This document shows positions 17,178 through 26,267 of a stretch of 29,041 nucleotides of DNA, one piece after another. The notes under the pieces are model-generated. The model was given only the letters and a program-made list of their open reading frames with translations. It was not told the DNA's origin and ran no database searches. Origin of the DNA: a virus. Position numbers and translations under genes: made by a program. The first letter of the stretch is position 1. Every line of letters starts with the position of its first letter. Location: IMG/VR virus record IMGVR_UViG_3300045988_100074, positions 1-29,041 of that record. One strand, 5' to 3'.

Positions 17178-18299
17178 TTATGCAACCCTATTTATGCTCC
17201 AATTTTTTGAAGCAATTAATGATTTTTGTTCATCTGTTAATTTATCGTATGCAGTAGATTTTAATGAAATACTTGTATTAGAACTTACTGCTGTGCCAAT
17301 AGATTCTGCTATAGTTTGTAATGAATCTGTAGATAGATTTGGAGATTGTGCAAAATAAAGAATGCCTCCTTTAGTTAAACTCTCTCCTAATCCATTTAAA
17401 GCTCCTACAGTTACTAATTCTGGACAAGATGCCGCAAAACTAGTACAATCTGTAACAAGATGGCAATCTATTTCTGGTGTAGCTGTTAATCTACTACAAG
17501 TACTAAACATATAGCTTATATCTGTAATTCCAGTAAAGGTAAAATTACTTGGAATAGTTGTTAGATATAATGCTCTATGAAACATATGATTACAATCTCC
17601 TTTAAATGGAATATTAATCGTTATATTATCTATATTAGTAGCTCCATCAGCTGTATCTGCAAATGCCCATTTTGGATCTACTAATACAAGATTTTGAAAA
17701 TTATTCATTACAGAGAAATCATTATTATCTATTTTTACTCCAATAAATAAATAATTTGCACTTACTTCTTTAGTAGTTGTAGGTATTTTAACATTAGATA
17801 AAGTAGCACTATGTATTGTTTGACCCCAAAATTGAGATTCACTAGACCATCTTCCATATGCTTCATTAAGATTAGTAATCTCCTGGTTATTTAGATCAAA
17901 ATGTGATGTTTTAAAAAACCCTCCTTTTCTACTTAAATCTCCACTATTTAACTTTACATCTGCATATGTTTGAGCAGAACCTATAATACTACAAAGAGGT
18001 ACACCATCTATATTAAGGGCTAATTCACTTAAATCAGCAGTAAAACTAATTACTGTAGAAGTAAGGCCAGATCCTCTACCCATTCAATCCCTTTGTATAT
18101 CATTTATAGTTCCATCATAACTGCTAAATACATAACTACAAGGATCAACTATTGTAGTACCTTGAGGAACTGGATTAGCAACTGTAACTATTTGTGGATT
18201 ACAAGGATTGATAGGCCAGACTTTGGTACTGCCAACATAAATAGCAGTACCTTGTCTGTCACCTACATAAAATGTTTTTAAATCATCTCTAATATTCAT
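17178..18299 (-). CDS. LRR-type putative receptor-binding / tail protein 2, 373 aa
   Basis: Track ORFs 18084..18299 and 17178..18083 are joined by in-frame TGA 18084 (...DIQRD-W-MGRGSG...). LRR-like FHRALYLTTIPSNFTFTGITDISYMFSTCSRLT. Conserved C-terminal tail LTDEQKSLIASKNWSI. Confidence 0.7.
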
Positions 18300-18300
18300 A

Positions 18301-20733
18301 TTATTCTACAATTAAATATTGTGTATTAGGATCTTTAGTTGATAAACCATCATACTCTGCTTGAGTTAGAACAGTAATAGTATTTATTTGAGTCTGAGTT
18401 CCAGTTCCAGCTTCAATATAGTTTCCAGCAGGCTGAATACCTAAATCTGATAAACTCTTATTGCCAGATAACTCAACAGAATTAATCTGAGGTTTATTTG
18501 TTAACTGAGTATAATCGGTAGTCCCTCCACTACCAGATATTTCAAGATTACCTTCTCCTAAAATACTTTCACCATTAATAGTCTTTATATTAGTACCAGA
18601 AACTAGTTGCTCTTGATAACTATGATAACTAGTATCTGCTGATACTCCAGTTGGAGTAATAGTAGTTTGAACAAGAGTATGATTAGCTGTAGTACTTTCA
18701 AAATGGAAAGTAGCTTGAATATTTTCTCCTGAAACAAAACATACTTCTGGAGCTGCTATATCACCATAACCTAGAATATTTACATAATAAAGCTCAAATG
18801 GTGTTTTATTAGCTATAGCATTCTTAACAGCAGCGAAATCTCCAGAAAGATGAGTAGTGGAATTTATAAATAGAAATGGAATATTAGAACCACTTTCAAT
18901 TTCTATATTACCTTCTCCAAGTAAAGACTGACTATTGATTGTTTTGATATTAGTTCCACTTACAAGTAAGTCTTGCTTAGTAGCCATCTCTTTATCAAGA
19001 GCATCTATCTTATTTCCATCTTCTTCTTGCTTTGTTTTAATAATTGATATATCTGAAGTATTAGTTGCTACTTGAGTAGATAAAGATTCTACTACAGAAG
19101 AATCTGCTTTACCTGCAAGTTCTATTTTTGTTGCATAATCTCCTACAGGCTGTTTAGTAGCAAGCTGCTCATCAACATAAGTCTTATCTGCTTTACCTGC
19201 TAAATCTCCAGAAACCTCTGTTTCAGTTACAAAGTTAGAATCATTAGTAAGCTCACTAACTTTAGTTGGAATATCACTCTTTAAAGCATAATCTCCTTTA
19301 TCTTGTTTTGCATCAATCTTACTTTGTAAAGAAGATCTTAGAGTCTCAATTTCCTCATTAACTGAATCGTTAGTTGCATAATCACCAACTGGTTGGTATC
19401 CAGATAAATCTACAGATAACTGAGTCTTATCTCCATTAAAAGCTAATGGAGCTTGAGGAGCAAATACTCCTTGTTTTTCCTCAAGTTTGGCATCTACTTC
19501 TTCTTTAGTATATCCTTTATTAGTAAGATCAACCTCAGTAACTTTAACAGTCATATTACCATTATTTACTAAGATTGCATTAATAACTACTAATACACCA
19601 TTATCTTGGAAATAATAGCCATATAAATCAATAGTTTCGGGATGCTCAATAGTTGCAACAGGAATAACTATAATATCACCTTTATATGTAATCTGGCAGA
19701 ATAAATAGAAGTCCAGATTAGTTCTAATAAAGTCATAGATATGTTTCTGTCTTACAGGATCATTCTCATCTAAATTAAGTAAGAAATGATTCTCAAAAGC
19801 AGAGATTACATTATCTATAATAGATATATTCTTTCCTGCTGTAAGCGTTTCCTGTTTTGAAGCTATCTCTTTATTAATAGCTGTATTTAAAGCATCAATT
19901 TCAGCTTTGGTATATTTATCTGCTAATTGTGCATATAGAGGACCATTAACAATACCAGCTTGGTTAGTCTCTGTATTATATATTGGAAGTTCAACTGCTT
20001 CTCCAGTTTGATTACCAAATACAGGAGCTAAAGTAACTTTAGATGGGACTGATTGAATATTAATGGCAGGTACGATTGAAGCTGCTCCAGATAATTCAGT
20101 TCCATTTAAAGATGGTTTGTTACGAATAGTATTATAATCTGCAGAAATAGTATTCTCTTCAATTACTATACCATCACCTTGGTTTAATTTATTCTGTTTA
20201 GAATTTAATGCACTTTCAGTAGCTTCTTTTGTAAGATAATTATCTTCAACTCATTTTTCAGTAGCATATCCATCTAAGCTACTAATAAACCCACTATCAT
20301 TAGTTAATTGTGAAGTTTTTGTTGGTATCTCAGATTTATCGGCTTTATTGGCAACTGCATCTGAAATTTCAGTTGTAACCTCTTCTTTAGTTGGATAATC
20401 AGCTAATCGTTCAGTTATCTGATTATCAATATTTTCAGCACTTGGAATAGTACTCTTTATTTGCTCTAACTCAGAATTAATAGTAACAATATCTTCAGAT
20501 GACGCTAATCCCAACTCTTCTGAAGTCATATTACCATTTAACTCAATACTATTGATCTCAGGTTTATCCTGAAGATCAAAATAGCTATTAGTAGCTAACT
20601 GAGAACCATCCATAACCTTAACTTCATCATCCTTGTCAATAACAATAACTTTAGTCACATTTGACTTATCTATTGTTTCGACTTCAAGGACATTAAGATA
20701 AGGAAGAATTGTCTTTTCAGTTTCGTTTGCCAT
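18301..20733 (-). CDS. Long tail fibre protein, 810 aa
   Basis: Track ORFs 20251..20733 and 18301..19554 share a frame. I checked all triplets 19555-20250 and found them open, with a single TGA at 20251. Fibre motifs TSQLTNDSGF, VSELTNDSNF, INSIELNGN, INSVELSGN, and two copies of LVSGTNIKTIN--S-LGEGN-EI. Confidence 0.8.
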
Positions 20734-20734
20734 A

Positions 20735-20956
20735 TTATTTATTTTTATAAGATTCCTCTTGTTCTTTTAAATATCTTTCATTTGTTTCTGCATCAATAAC
20801 CCTATAAATAGATATATCAAAGGTTAAAGGGCAATATAAAATAGTTGATGCACTATACTCTTTAATATCATCACCTTCTTTATATGAGGTAATAAAATAT
20901 CCTTCATCAGAGTATAACTTTATAAATATGCTAGTTTCAATATGTAAATGTTCCAT
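20735..20956 (-). CDS. Small conserved partner protein, 73 aa (paralog of 16940..17176)
   Basis: Track ORF. Its ATG overlaps the upstream stop by 1 nt. Confidence 0.6.
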   Translation of the reverse strand: MEHLHIETSIFIKLYSDEGYFITSYKEGDDIKEYSASTILYCPLTFDISIYRVIDAETNERYLKEQEESYKNK

Positions 20957-22143
20957 TATGCTAATATCCAGTTTTTATTAGTAGCTATTGCTTTCTGTTC
21001 ATCTGATAATTTTGCCAGATTGGTAGCTCCTAATGTTAAAGTTTTGCTATTCTCCCCTGTTAAATCAACTAATGCATTAATAACAGACATTAAAGAATCA
21101 GTAGTAAGATTGGTACTTGCTGATAGATATAATCCTGCTCTAAGCTCACCGTTTACTGTAAGATTAGTAATTCCACCACATTTTGAAAATATAGGATTTA
21201 TTGAACTTTCTTGAGATGTGTATGATGGAATGTTTAATGTTACATCTGTTAATCTAATGCAATCTCCAAACATATTAGTAGTAGTTACTAATTTAGGAGC
21301 GTCTAAATTAAGTGTTTTCAGGCTATTATATCCAGATAAGGTACCTCTGCTAAACATATTAGACCCATCTGTTAATTCAGGCATTGGAATAGTGAATGAT
21401 GTTAAATCAGCACATTCTGTAAACATATATCTGCCATCTTCTAATTTAGGCAATTGCATAGTGAACTCCTTAATTTTTGATCTTTGACATTTATATCTTC
21501 CATCAACTAAATTTTCTCAACCTACAACATTTGCAGGAACAGATGTTCCCGTAAACCTATATAAATTAACTACAGCTTGTGTAATATCATAGGTATTCAT
21601 TGGATTCGTAACATTAACAGTTACATCAATAAACTCCATATAATCATATCCATCTGCAGGATGAATCATTGTAGTTCCATTCTCTGTAATAGTAACTTCT
21701 CTATGCTCCTCAACTGGAATCTCTACATCTACTTCAATACTTGATAAACCTTGATAGCCAGCATCAGGTTTAACTTCAGTCATTGATAGGTTTTTATCTA
21801 TTGTTATATGTTTCTCTTGTAAAGTAGGAGTTGGTACTGGAACATTTATTTGTGCAGAAACCTTCTCCATAACATCATAATCTGGATCAGGTAAAATATC
21901 TATTAATCCATTAGATGTAATTGTAATCTCTTTAGTAGCTTGTACTGTAGGAACAACAACATCAACAGATACATTTACTTTCGACATACCATCATAACCC
22001 TCATCTGGAGTTACAACGAACTCAGCATTCTGAGTATATTCTACAGACTTCTCCTGTAATTTACATTCTTGAGCAGCTAAAGCTTCAATATCTCTTGAAG
22101 TTGTATTCTTTGCTACTTCTGGTGTTGTATATTTAATAACCAT
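20956..22143 (-). CDS. LRR-type putative receptor-binding / tail protein 1, 395 aa, with N-terminal tandem repeats
   Basis: Track ORFs 21517..22143 and 20956..21459 share a frame and 21460-21516 is open. One TGA at 21517. The LRR-like unit continues across the junction (LVDGRYKCQ...LEDGRYMFTECADL...LTDGSNMF...TTNMFGDCIRL). Confidence 0.75.
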
Positions 22144-22190
22144 TTTCTATAAAATATAAATAGTTAATTATCTGTCCATAAACAAAATAA

Positions 22191-22216
22191 GGGGCAAGTA
22201 AATTAATACTCGCCCC
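22191..22216 (-). terminator. Rho-independent terminator-like hairpin after the capsid/tube block
   Basis: GGGGCAAGTA / AATTAA / TACTCGCCCC (one mismatch). The minus-strand reading is followed by TTATTTTGTTTAT. Confidence 0.6.
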
Positions 22217-22226
22217 TCTTCTGTTG

Positions 22227-22751
22227 TTAAGCACCTACAACACTTTGAATAGCTTCAGCACTCAACTCATAAGGATATGATTCAGAGTCAGTAGCTAAAG
22301 TCAGCGTATAAGCGTTCTGATCACCTTTTGCAGTACCAGTAACACCCGTACCAGCGGAAGCGCTTACATAGTCATCTTTTCCTAAGAACCAGTATTTGCC
22401 ATTAGAATCTTCTACAACAACTACAAGTTGTCCAATAGAAAGAGCAGCAATCTCGATTCTTTTCTTAGTCTCCATCTTTGTAAATACAAGAGCAAGCTCA
22501 TTACTTACATAGTTGGTTCCTGCAGTTTCGTCAACGTTCAATGTTGAGGTTAGAGAACCAGTACCTTTGCGGAATTGGTAATTATACCATTTAGCAGAAG
22601 CTTCAAGAGTAATAGCTGAGATTTGATTAGTCTCATCATCTACAGTTACACTCTTAACATTATCGTACTGAGTAATCCATACCTGTTTGATACCACCAAG
22701 CGAAGATTCGCAATCCAGGGTAATACCAGCGATAGTTATTAAACAAGCCAT
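22227..22751 (-). CDS. Putative major tail (tube) protein, 174 aa
   Basis: Track ORF. The pattern ...GQLVVVVEDSNGKYWFLGKDDYVSASAGTGVTGTAKGDQNAYTLTLATDSESYPYEL resembles siphovirus major tail proteins (recalled). GC-richer than its surroundings, no TGA. A head-decoration role cannot be excluded. Confidence 0.45.
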   Translation of the reverse strand: MACLITIAGITLDCESSLGGIKQVWITQYDNVKSVTVDDETNQISAITLEASAKWYNYQFRKGTGSLTSTLNVDETAGTNYVSNELALVFTKMETKKRIEIAALSIGQLVVVVEDSNGKYWFLGKDDYVSASAGTGVTGTAKGDQNAYTLTLATDSESYPYELSAEAIQSVVGA

Positions 22752-22789
22752 ATAATTTCAATCTTATTTAAAGTTAAACTCTATTGAAA

Positions 22790-23692
22790 TTAGGCTTTGG
22801 CACCAAGAACTACCTCATCAGGGAATGCAACCTGTACGCCAGCGTTAAATTCAATAGCTAATCTAAATTCGCGGAAATCTTGTGAATACCACAATTCAAA
22901 CTTCTCTTCATCGTTCATCATATCGCAACCATAGAAGAAGTTCTTATCTAACTGACCAGCAACAATCTTATCAGTTCCATTAAGACCATTAACAGCGATT
23001 ACTTTAACCTGCGAACCAGGAAGCATAATCTCACCGTTAAGATTCTCACCACTATAGTGGTAGTAGTTCTTAGCAACTAACTCCTGGATAAATTTACGGA
23101 AAGTATCACTACCAACTAAGATAGAAGCACCATCCAGAACCTTCTCAGGAATAGCGTTATAAACTGCCATAATGTCATCATAAGCAGATGCACCAGTAAT
23201 TACTACATCAACTGTACCTTCAGCAGCACCAAGGATCTTTAACAGACCATCAAAGTACTTCAGGTTATTTGTTTCAGAAGCAGTATCACCCTGCCAAATA
23301 GCAGTCTCAATAGCAGCCTTAACGTTCTCAACTACTGCATTTACGAAATCCTCTTCAAAAGGAAGCGTCTTCTGACCAGCAGCTACTCGTACTTGATACT
23401 GAGTCCAGTATTTAAGCATCTCTTTATCACAATATGCCATATTGATCTTAATATTACCAGTAGCCAGAATTCTCTGAGAAAGAGTCTGAGTTCCAGCTTC
23501 ATCCCAACCACAAGCTAGGCCATCGCCAAACTGAATAGCAGTTGATAACAGGTTAAGAGCAGCACTAGTTTTGATGTCAGTTTGAAGATTGAACAACGAA
23601 GCACTCTTAGCCTTTAATACAGCCTCTTTTATCAATGGAAGCCTGCGCTGTTCTACGTAACTAGTTAAACTCGTCATTACGGGGTTTGCCAT
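22790..23692 (-). CDS. Major capsid protein (HK97-fold type, putative), 300 aa
   Basis: Track ORF. Follows the protease and scaffold genes. Its size, composition and GC-richer codon usage are typical of a highly expressed gene. All Trp are TGG. Confidence 0.7.
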   Translation of the reverse strand: MANPVMTSLTSYVEQRRLPLIKEAVLKAKSASLFNLQTDIKTSAALNLLSTAIQFGDGLACGWDEAGTQTLSQRILATGNIKINMAYCDKEMLKYWTQYQVRVAAGQKTLPFEEDFVNAVVENVKAAIETAIWQGDTASETNNLKYFDGLLKILGAAEGTVDVVITGASAYDDIMAVYNAIPEKVLDGASILVGSDTFRKFIQELVAKNYYHYSGENLNGEIMLPGSQVKVIAVNGLNGTDKIVAGQLDKNFFYGCDMMNDEEKFELWYSQDFREFRLAIEFNAGVQVAFPDEVVLGAKA

Positions 23693-23706
23693 ACTTAAAA
23701 ATTTTT

Positions 23707-24345
23707 TTAATTGTTATACTTAAATATTTTACCTTTATGCTGTTTATATTTTCCGTTTAATACTCTAAGAATAGAGCTTTTACAGTATCCATCTAAAACA
23801 GCATTTTTAATTGAAGGATAAGTTTTAATTATATTTCCTTCTAAATCTAGCATAATGATTGATTTAGTACCTTTATTTATATGAGATTCAGACATCCTTT
23901 TTCTTGTCTCTGAAGTAAACTCTCTATTTATAGCTATATTTTTAAGTCTTTCTGTAGTTTCAGCATTATATACTCCCGTTTTGTGTTTATTTCAGGGATT
24001 ACGACCTTTGCAAGATTCTGATATTTTAATAGCTATTTCTGGAGTCATTCCTCCATAACCTCCTGGTTTAAGATTTAAACATCTCTTATCGGTGTTATAA
24101 CAATCGCCTATAATATCAGCTTCTCTTAAAGCATTATCTTTTGAAGAATCATTAAATTCAATTATAACTTTTCTGTAAGTAACATCTTTAATCTTGCCAT
24201 ATTTACTATAGTAATTAGTAAGAATAGTGCCACTTCCTGCATAGCTATTATTAAATGGATCTTCATCAGTACTATGCTTGCCTATATAGTAAGTGTTTTC
24301 CCATCCAGGCATTAAAGGCTGAATTTCATAAATATAATGGTACAT
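23707..24345 (-). CDS. GIY-YIG-type homing endonuclease (HE3)
   Basis: Track ORFs 23992..24345 and 23707..23895 share a frame and 23896-23991 was checked open. One TGA at 23992 in GRNP-[TGA]-NKH, which matches the PWNKG motif of HE2. HYIYEI...YYIGKH, LREADIIG, NLKPGGYGG, NUMOD3-like SETRKRMSESH, C-terminal HTH-like tail. Confidence 0.75.
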
Positions 24346-24956
24346 TACTCAAACATTCCTTGGATATTTTTAAGCTTTTTATCAATAACAGGATTGCCAG
24401 TCATTATTGAAGCTTTACCTTCTATCTGTTCCTCAGCTGAAAATGCAGCACTCATTTTGCTCATCTTTTCAACCGTCTTTTCTGTAGCTTCAGATTTACC
24501 CTCTAATTCAGCTACTTTCTTAACAAGCTTATCAACAATGTCATAAAGCTCATTAATTTCGCGATGAATTGCATCAATTGCATCAGTTACAGTTTCTTTG
24601 TCACCATCAGTAGCTACTTCAGGATCAACTGGCTCTTCAGCAGTTTCTACCTTGCGTTTTCCACAAGCAGCATCAACTTCTGCTTTAGCTGCTTCTTCTG
24701 GATCAACCTCAGCTTTAGGATCAGTTACAGACTCTACTTTACCGTCTTTAACAACAATTGTCTTTCCATCCTCAGTTACATACTCACCATCCTCAGCAGG
24801 TTTGTATTCTCCGTTCTCATCCTGAACATATACATCCATACCAGCGCGTAAGTCTTCATCTGAATCCCAAGTAAGTACACCACTTGATGTCTTTAGATCC
24901 GTAAAATTAGACAGCATTCTCGCTAACTCCAATTTAATTTTAGTGAATTTACTCAT
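24345..24956 (-). CDS. Scaffolding protein (putative), 203 aa
   Basis: Track ORF. Very acidic with a coiled-coil-like C-terminus. Positioned between the protease and the MCP. No TGA. Confidence 0.55.
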   Translation of the reverse strand: MSKFTKIKLELARMLSNFTDLKTSSGVLTWDSDEDLRAGMDVYVQDENGEYKPAEDGEYVTEDGKTIVVKDGKVESVTDPKAEVDPEEAAKAEVDAACGKRKVETAEEPVDPEVATDGDKETVTDAIDAIHREINELYDIVDKLVKKVAELEGKSEATEKTVEKMSKMSAAFSAEEQIEGKASIMTGNPVIDKKLKNIQGMFE

Positions 24957-25551
24957 ACTTAAATTTAAAATTTTTATGATAGTTTTGTTTACCTTTGCAA
25001 CATCTTATAATAGCACTATGATCAAATTTATCCTCTCGTTCAGCATCCATCGAAGAATCCCAAGTTTTTATATAAACATCATTCAAATCTGTTTGAATTA
25101 TACGTTTACTTACTTTTTGCCTGGATTCTTTACTCTGTACAGAACCTAAACGTACTAATCTAAGCTTATCTTTTGTTTCATCGCTTATAATCCTTCCTCT
25201 CTGTTTTGCAGACATTTTATTTCTAGATTCGATTGTATGAATCTGTCCTTTATTGCCTCCTCCACCTAATGTAAGATTATAACCATTTGAATAAGTATCA
25301 AATAATTTAATATATCTCATTTCTGCTTCATCCAGTTTTGTTCTTAGTAATTCAGCTGTTGAACAGCAAAATACTTGCAGAATATCCCATTTAAAGGAAT
25401 CAAAACCATAATACTGAATTGCATTATGAAATTTATCATTCTTAGTTCTGTACTTATGTTCTTTTTGTCTGCGACTAAAATCATTAGTCTGCCCAACATA
25501 TTTTGCACCATTAGTTTGATTGGTTGCTAAGTATATACATCCACTATACAT
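24949..25551 (-). CDS. GIY-YIG homing endonuclease (HE4)
   Basis: Track ORF. GCIYLATNQTNGAKYVGQT, RRQKEH, NGYNLTLGGGG, three NUMOD3-like repeats (ESRNKMS, ETKDKLR, ESRQKVS). No TGA. Overlaps the scaffold start by 8 nt. Confidence 0.85.
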   Translation of the reverse strand: MYSGCIYLATNQTNGAKYVGQTNDFSRRQKEHKYRTKNDKFHNAIQYYGFDSFKWDILQVFCCSTAELLRTKLDEAEMRYIKLFDTYSNGYNLTLGGGGNKGQIHTIESRNKMSAKQRGRIISDETKDKLRLVRLGSVQSKESRQKVSKRIIQTDLNDVYIKTWDSSMDAEREDKFDHSAIIRCCKGKQNYHKNFKFKYE

Positions 25552-25561
25552 TAACCTCTTT

Positions 25562-26155
25562 TTAATGTTTAACTCTTTTTATCTTCTTAATCATATTAAG
25601 GATCTCTTTTATTTCGTCATATTCATCAGACTTTCTCTCTAAAGTAAATAAACCTTCAATTGAGAACCCTTTAAACTTACCAGCTTTAATTGCATCTCAA
25701 ATAACTTGATTATCTACTTTATAAGTGGCAAATAAAGAACCATCAGGAACATCCTGGAATTCAACTGGAGATATTCCTCTATTAATATCCTTTACATAGA
25801 TTTCTTGTAGAGTAATTCCATTTAAATCAGAATCTTCTAAATGTTCAATATTTACATCTGTAGTTCTCTTATCATACAGCATCTTCTCTGCCATTTTACG
25901 AAGAGTTTCCTTATCATACTGTATGTAGTATTCTCCGAGTTTCTCATCTCGTCTGAAAATTGGAGTATCACTTAACATTAAGCAAGATGTTACTAAATGC
26001 TTATCTTCATCCATCGAGAACTTCTGAGAATTACTAAAAGCAACCCAGTTAACTTGTGTAGCTGGTTTGCTTGTTAAAGCAACATATTCTATTCCATCAC
26101 AATCATCAGTAATCACTGCCTGAAATAATGGAAGATCATTATAAGTAATTTCCAT
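25562..26155 (-). CDS. Prohead protease-like protein (XkdF / S78_2-like), 197 aa
   Basis: Track ORF 25697..26155 extended through TGA 25697 (...NQVI-W-DAIKAGKFKGFSIEGLF...) to TAA 25562-25564. The YVALTSKPA and GFSIEG motifs resemble XkdF-type proteins (recalled). Confidence 0.5.
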
Positions 26156-26207
26156 TTTTATTAATATATAGCACTTTATAAATTTGTAATATTTTTAGAA
26201 TATCTAA

Positions 26208-26257
26208 TGTAACCTTTTTACTCATATTTTGTAGTTAATAAGAATAAAAAAGTTACA
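26208..26257 (+). repeat. 50-bp inverted-repeat element, copy C
   Basis: Left arm TGTAACCTTTTTA, loop CTCATATTTTGTAGTTAATAAGAA, right arm TAAAAAAGTTACA. Lies between the tape-measure-like gene stop and the protease start. Confidence 0.8.
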
Positions 26258-26267
26258 CTAAATATTT

